Below, piece after piece: positions 63,080 to 64,000 of a stretch of DNA of 64,000 nt (positions are counted from its first letter, which is position 1; each line of letters begins with the position of its first letter). Source of the stretch: Fimbriosthenelais zetlandica (lineage: Eukaryota); contig OZ365115.1 in the NCBI GenBank assembly GCA_977030845.1, forward strand, positions 12,896,001 to 12,960,000, read 5' to 3'. The translations under genes were made by a program, and so were the position numbers. Under the pieces are notes generated by a model, which saw only the letters and a program-made list of their open reading frames with translations, was not told where the DNA came from and searched no databases.

Positions 63080-64000
63080 ATGGACCGACATCTAAGAAAA
63101 GAAATGAATCATGCTCACAAAGTAAGTGACTTTCTTGCGACTTTTTTCTCTTATATATCTAAGAATCACACATGTCTATATTCAATTGCATCAATTCACA
63201 TGATTTTAGCATGATTGTGGAATATTTAATTAATACTTAAAAACAGCTGTAGGCATACATAGCCTATATGCAAAAAAAAATATGCAAAAAAACTGGCTGA
63301 ATGCGTATGGCAGAAAAAGTACAATATAGTGGAAATTTGGTCAATATACCAGGGACAATGGTATCTCCTACAATTATCATTGTATAATATATTTATAATG
63401 GCATATTGGGGGATTTATTTTATCATTTTAATGACTTTTTTCAGGATGAAATGCGGGCTGAGAGACAAGAGGCTCGGTTACACAATAAGGCGGCCAGACA
63501 GATGGCACACGGTAACGTTGTGGGTGCCATCGCCTCCGAGGTGAATATCTTATTAAATTACAGCCGATAATTACATGTTTCCATTATCTGGATCACTTAT
63601 TCCTCATTTAATATCATTGAGGTGTTTTTCTATCCAAAAGGAGCTCATTCTGATGGTATCTGGATATCTGGATATTGATCAGAGTTAGATAAAATATAAG
63701 TTTTGACAATATAGGGAGTAATGACCTACAATGATATCAGCAACATTTAACCAGTCAATGTATGTTGATATAATTATGATATATGACATAATCTGTCTGC
63801 GAAGAGGGATTAAACTGCATTAGACTGAATCACAATTACGTCTCAGACTTCTTTTTAAGCAGGTCCGTAATAAGATTAAGCAGGTGTAATATTAAGTAGG
63901 CCTACATGTGCATTATATAACGTATGTACGACATCTCAATACATTGATATGAACTAAATCAACTCCTTTTATTGCAGATGAGGGCAAGTAATGCCCATAA
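63080..64000 (+). CDS. Small unrecognised hydrophilic protein, 5' part only; exons 63080-63121, 63445-63540, 63978->64000
   Basis: ATG...CACAAA|GTAAGT, then TTTTTTCAG|GAT...GAG|GTGAAT, then TTTTATTGCAG|ATG. All junctions are phase 0 (42 and 96 nt exons) and give MDRHLRKEMNHAHKDEMRAERQEARLHNKAARQMAHGNVVGAIASEMRASNAH... The track ORF 63329-63544 reads the middle exon in the wrong frame. Confidence 0.7.

Noticed and set aside
63329-63544. Track ORF MEIWSIYQ... as the gene at the window end
   Set aside because: Non-ATG start and wrong frame; the splice sites define a 96-nt internal exon read in another frame.
1-64000. CRISPR arrays, rRNA, intact tRNA genes or prokaryotic operons
   Set aside because: No regularly spaced repeat-spacer array or rRNA-like sequence was seen. 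The only tRNA-like sequence is the SINE head, and the genes are spliceosomal.

Overview
AT-rich animal genomic DNA. It is probably a lophotrochozoan such as a bivalve mollusc; this is an inference from a tRNA-headed Meta/MESC-type SINE and the gene structures. No prokaryotic features, rRNA, intact tRNA or CRISPR array were seen. I assembled six genes by hand from splice sites and reading phase. (1) A PRRT3/PRRT4-like orphan 7-TM protein (+, 15503-33065), whose last helix is on a small exon beyond a 15.7 kb intron. (2) A Shaw/Kv3 potassium channel (-, 38021-34585, 4 coding exons), tail-to-tail with gene 1. (3) A 14-exon beta2-like soluble guanylate cyclase (+, 39476-46353), head-to-head with Kv3; it has an intact heme site, no distal Tyr, a complete catalytic set and a C-terminal CaaX box. 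(4, 5) Two tandem, highly diverged prominin-like genes whose coding regions are essentially intronless (52552-55698 and 60149-62449), flanked by RFX X-box-like motifs. (6) The first three exons of a small, unrecognised His/Arg/Glu/Ala-rich protein running off the right edge. Repeats include a 2.3 kb foldback DNA-transposon derivative with 4-bp TSD, a SINE with degenerate TSD, a family of 48-96 bp MITE-like elements and a diverged tandem duplication. The leading but unproven idea is a ciliary/sensory cGMP neighbourhood (prenylated NO-type cyclase, Kv3, intronless prominins, X-boxes). Most short ORFs in the supplied track look spurious.
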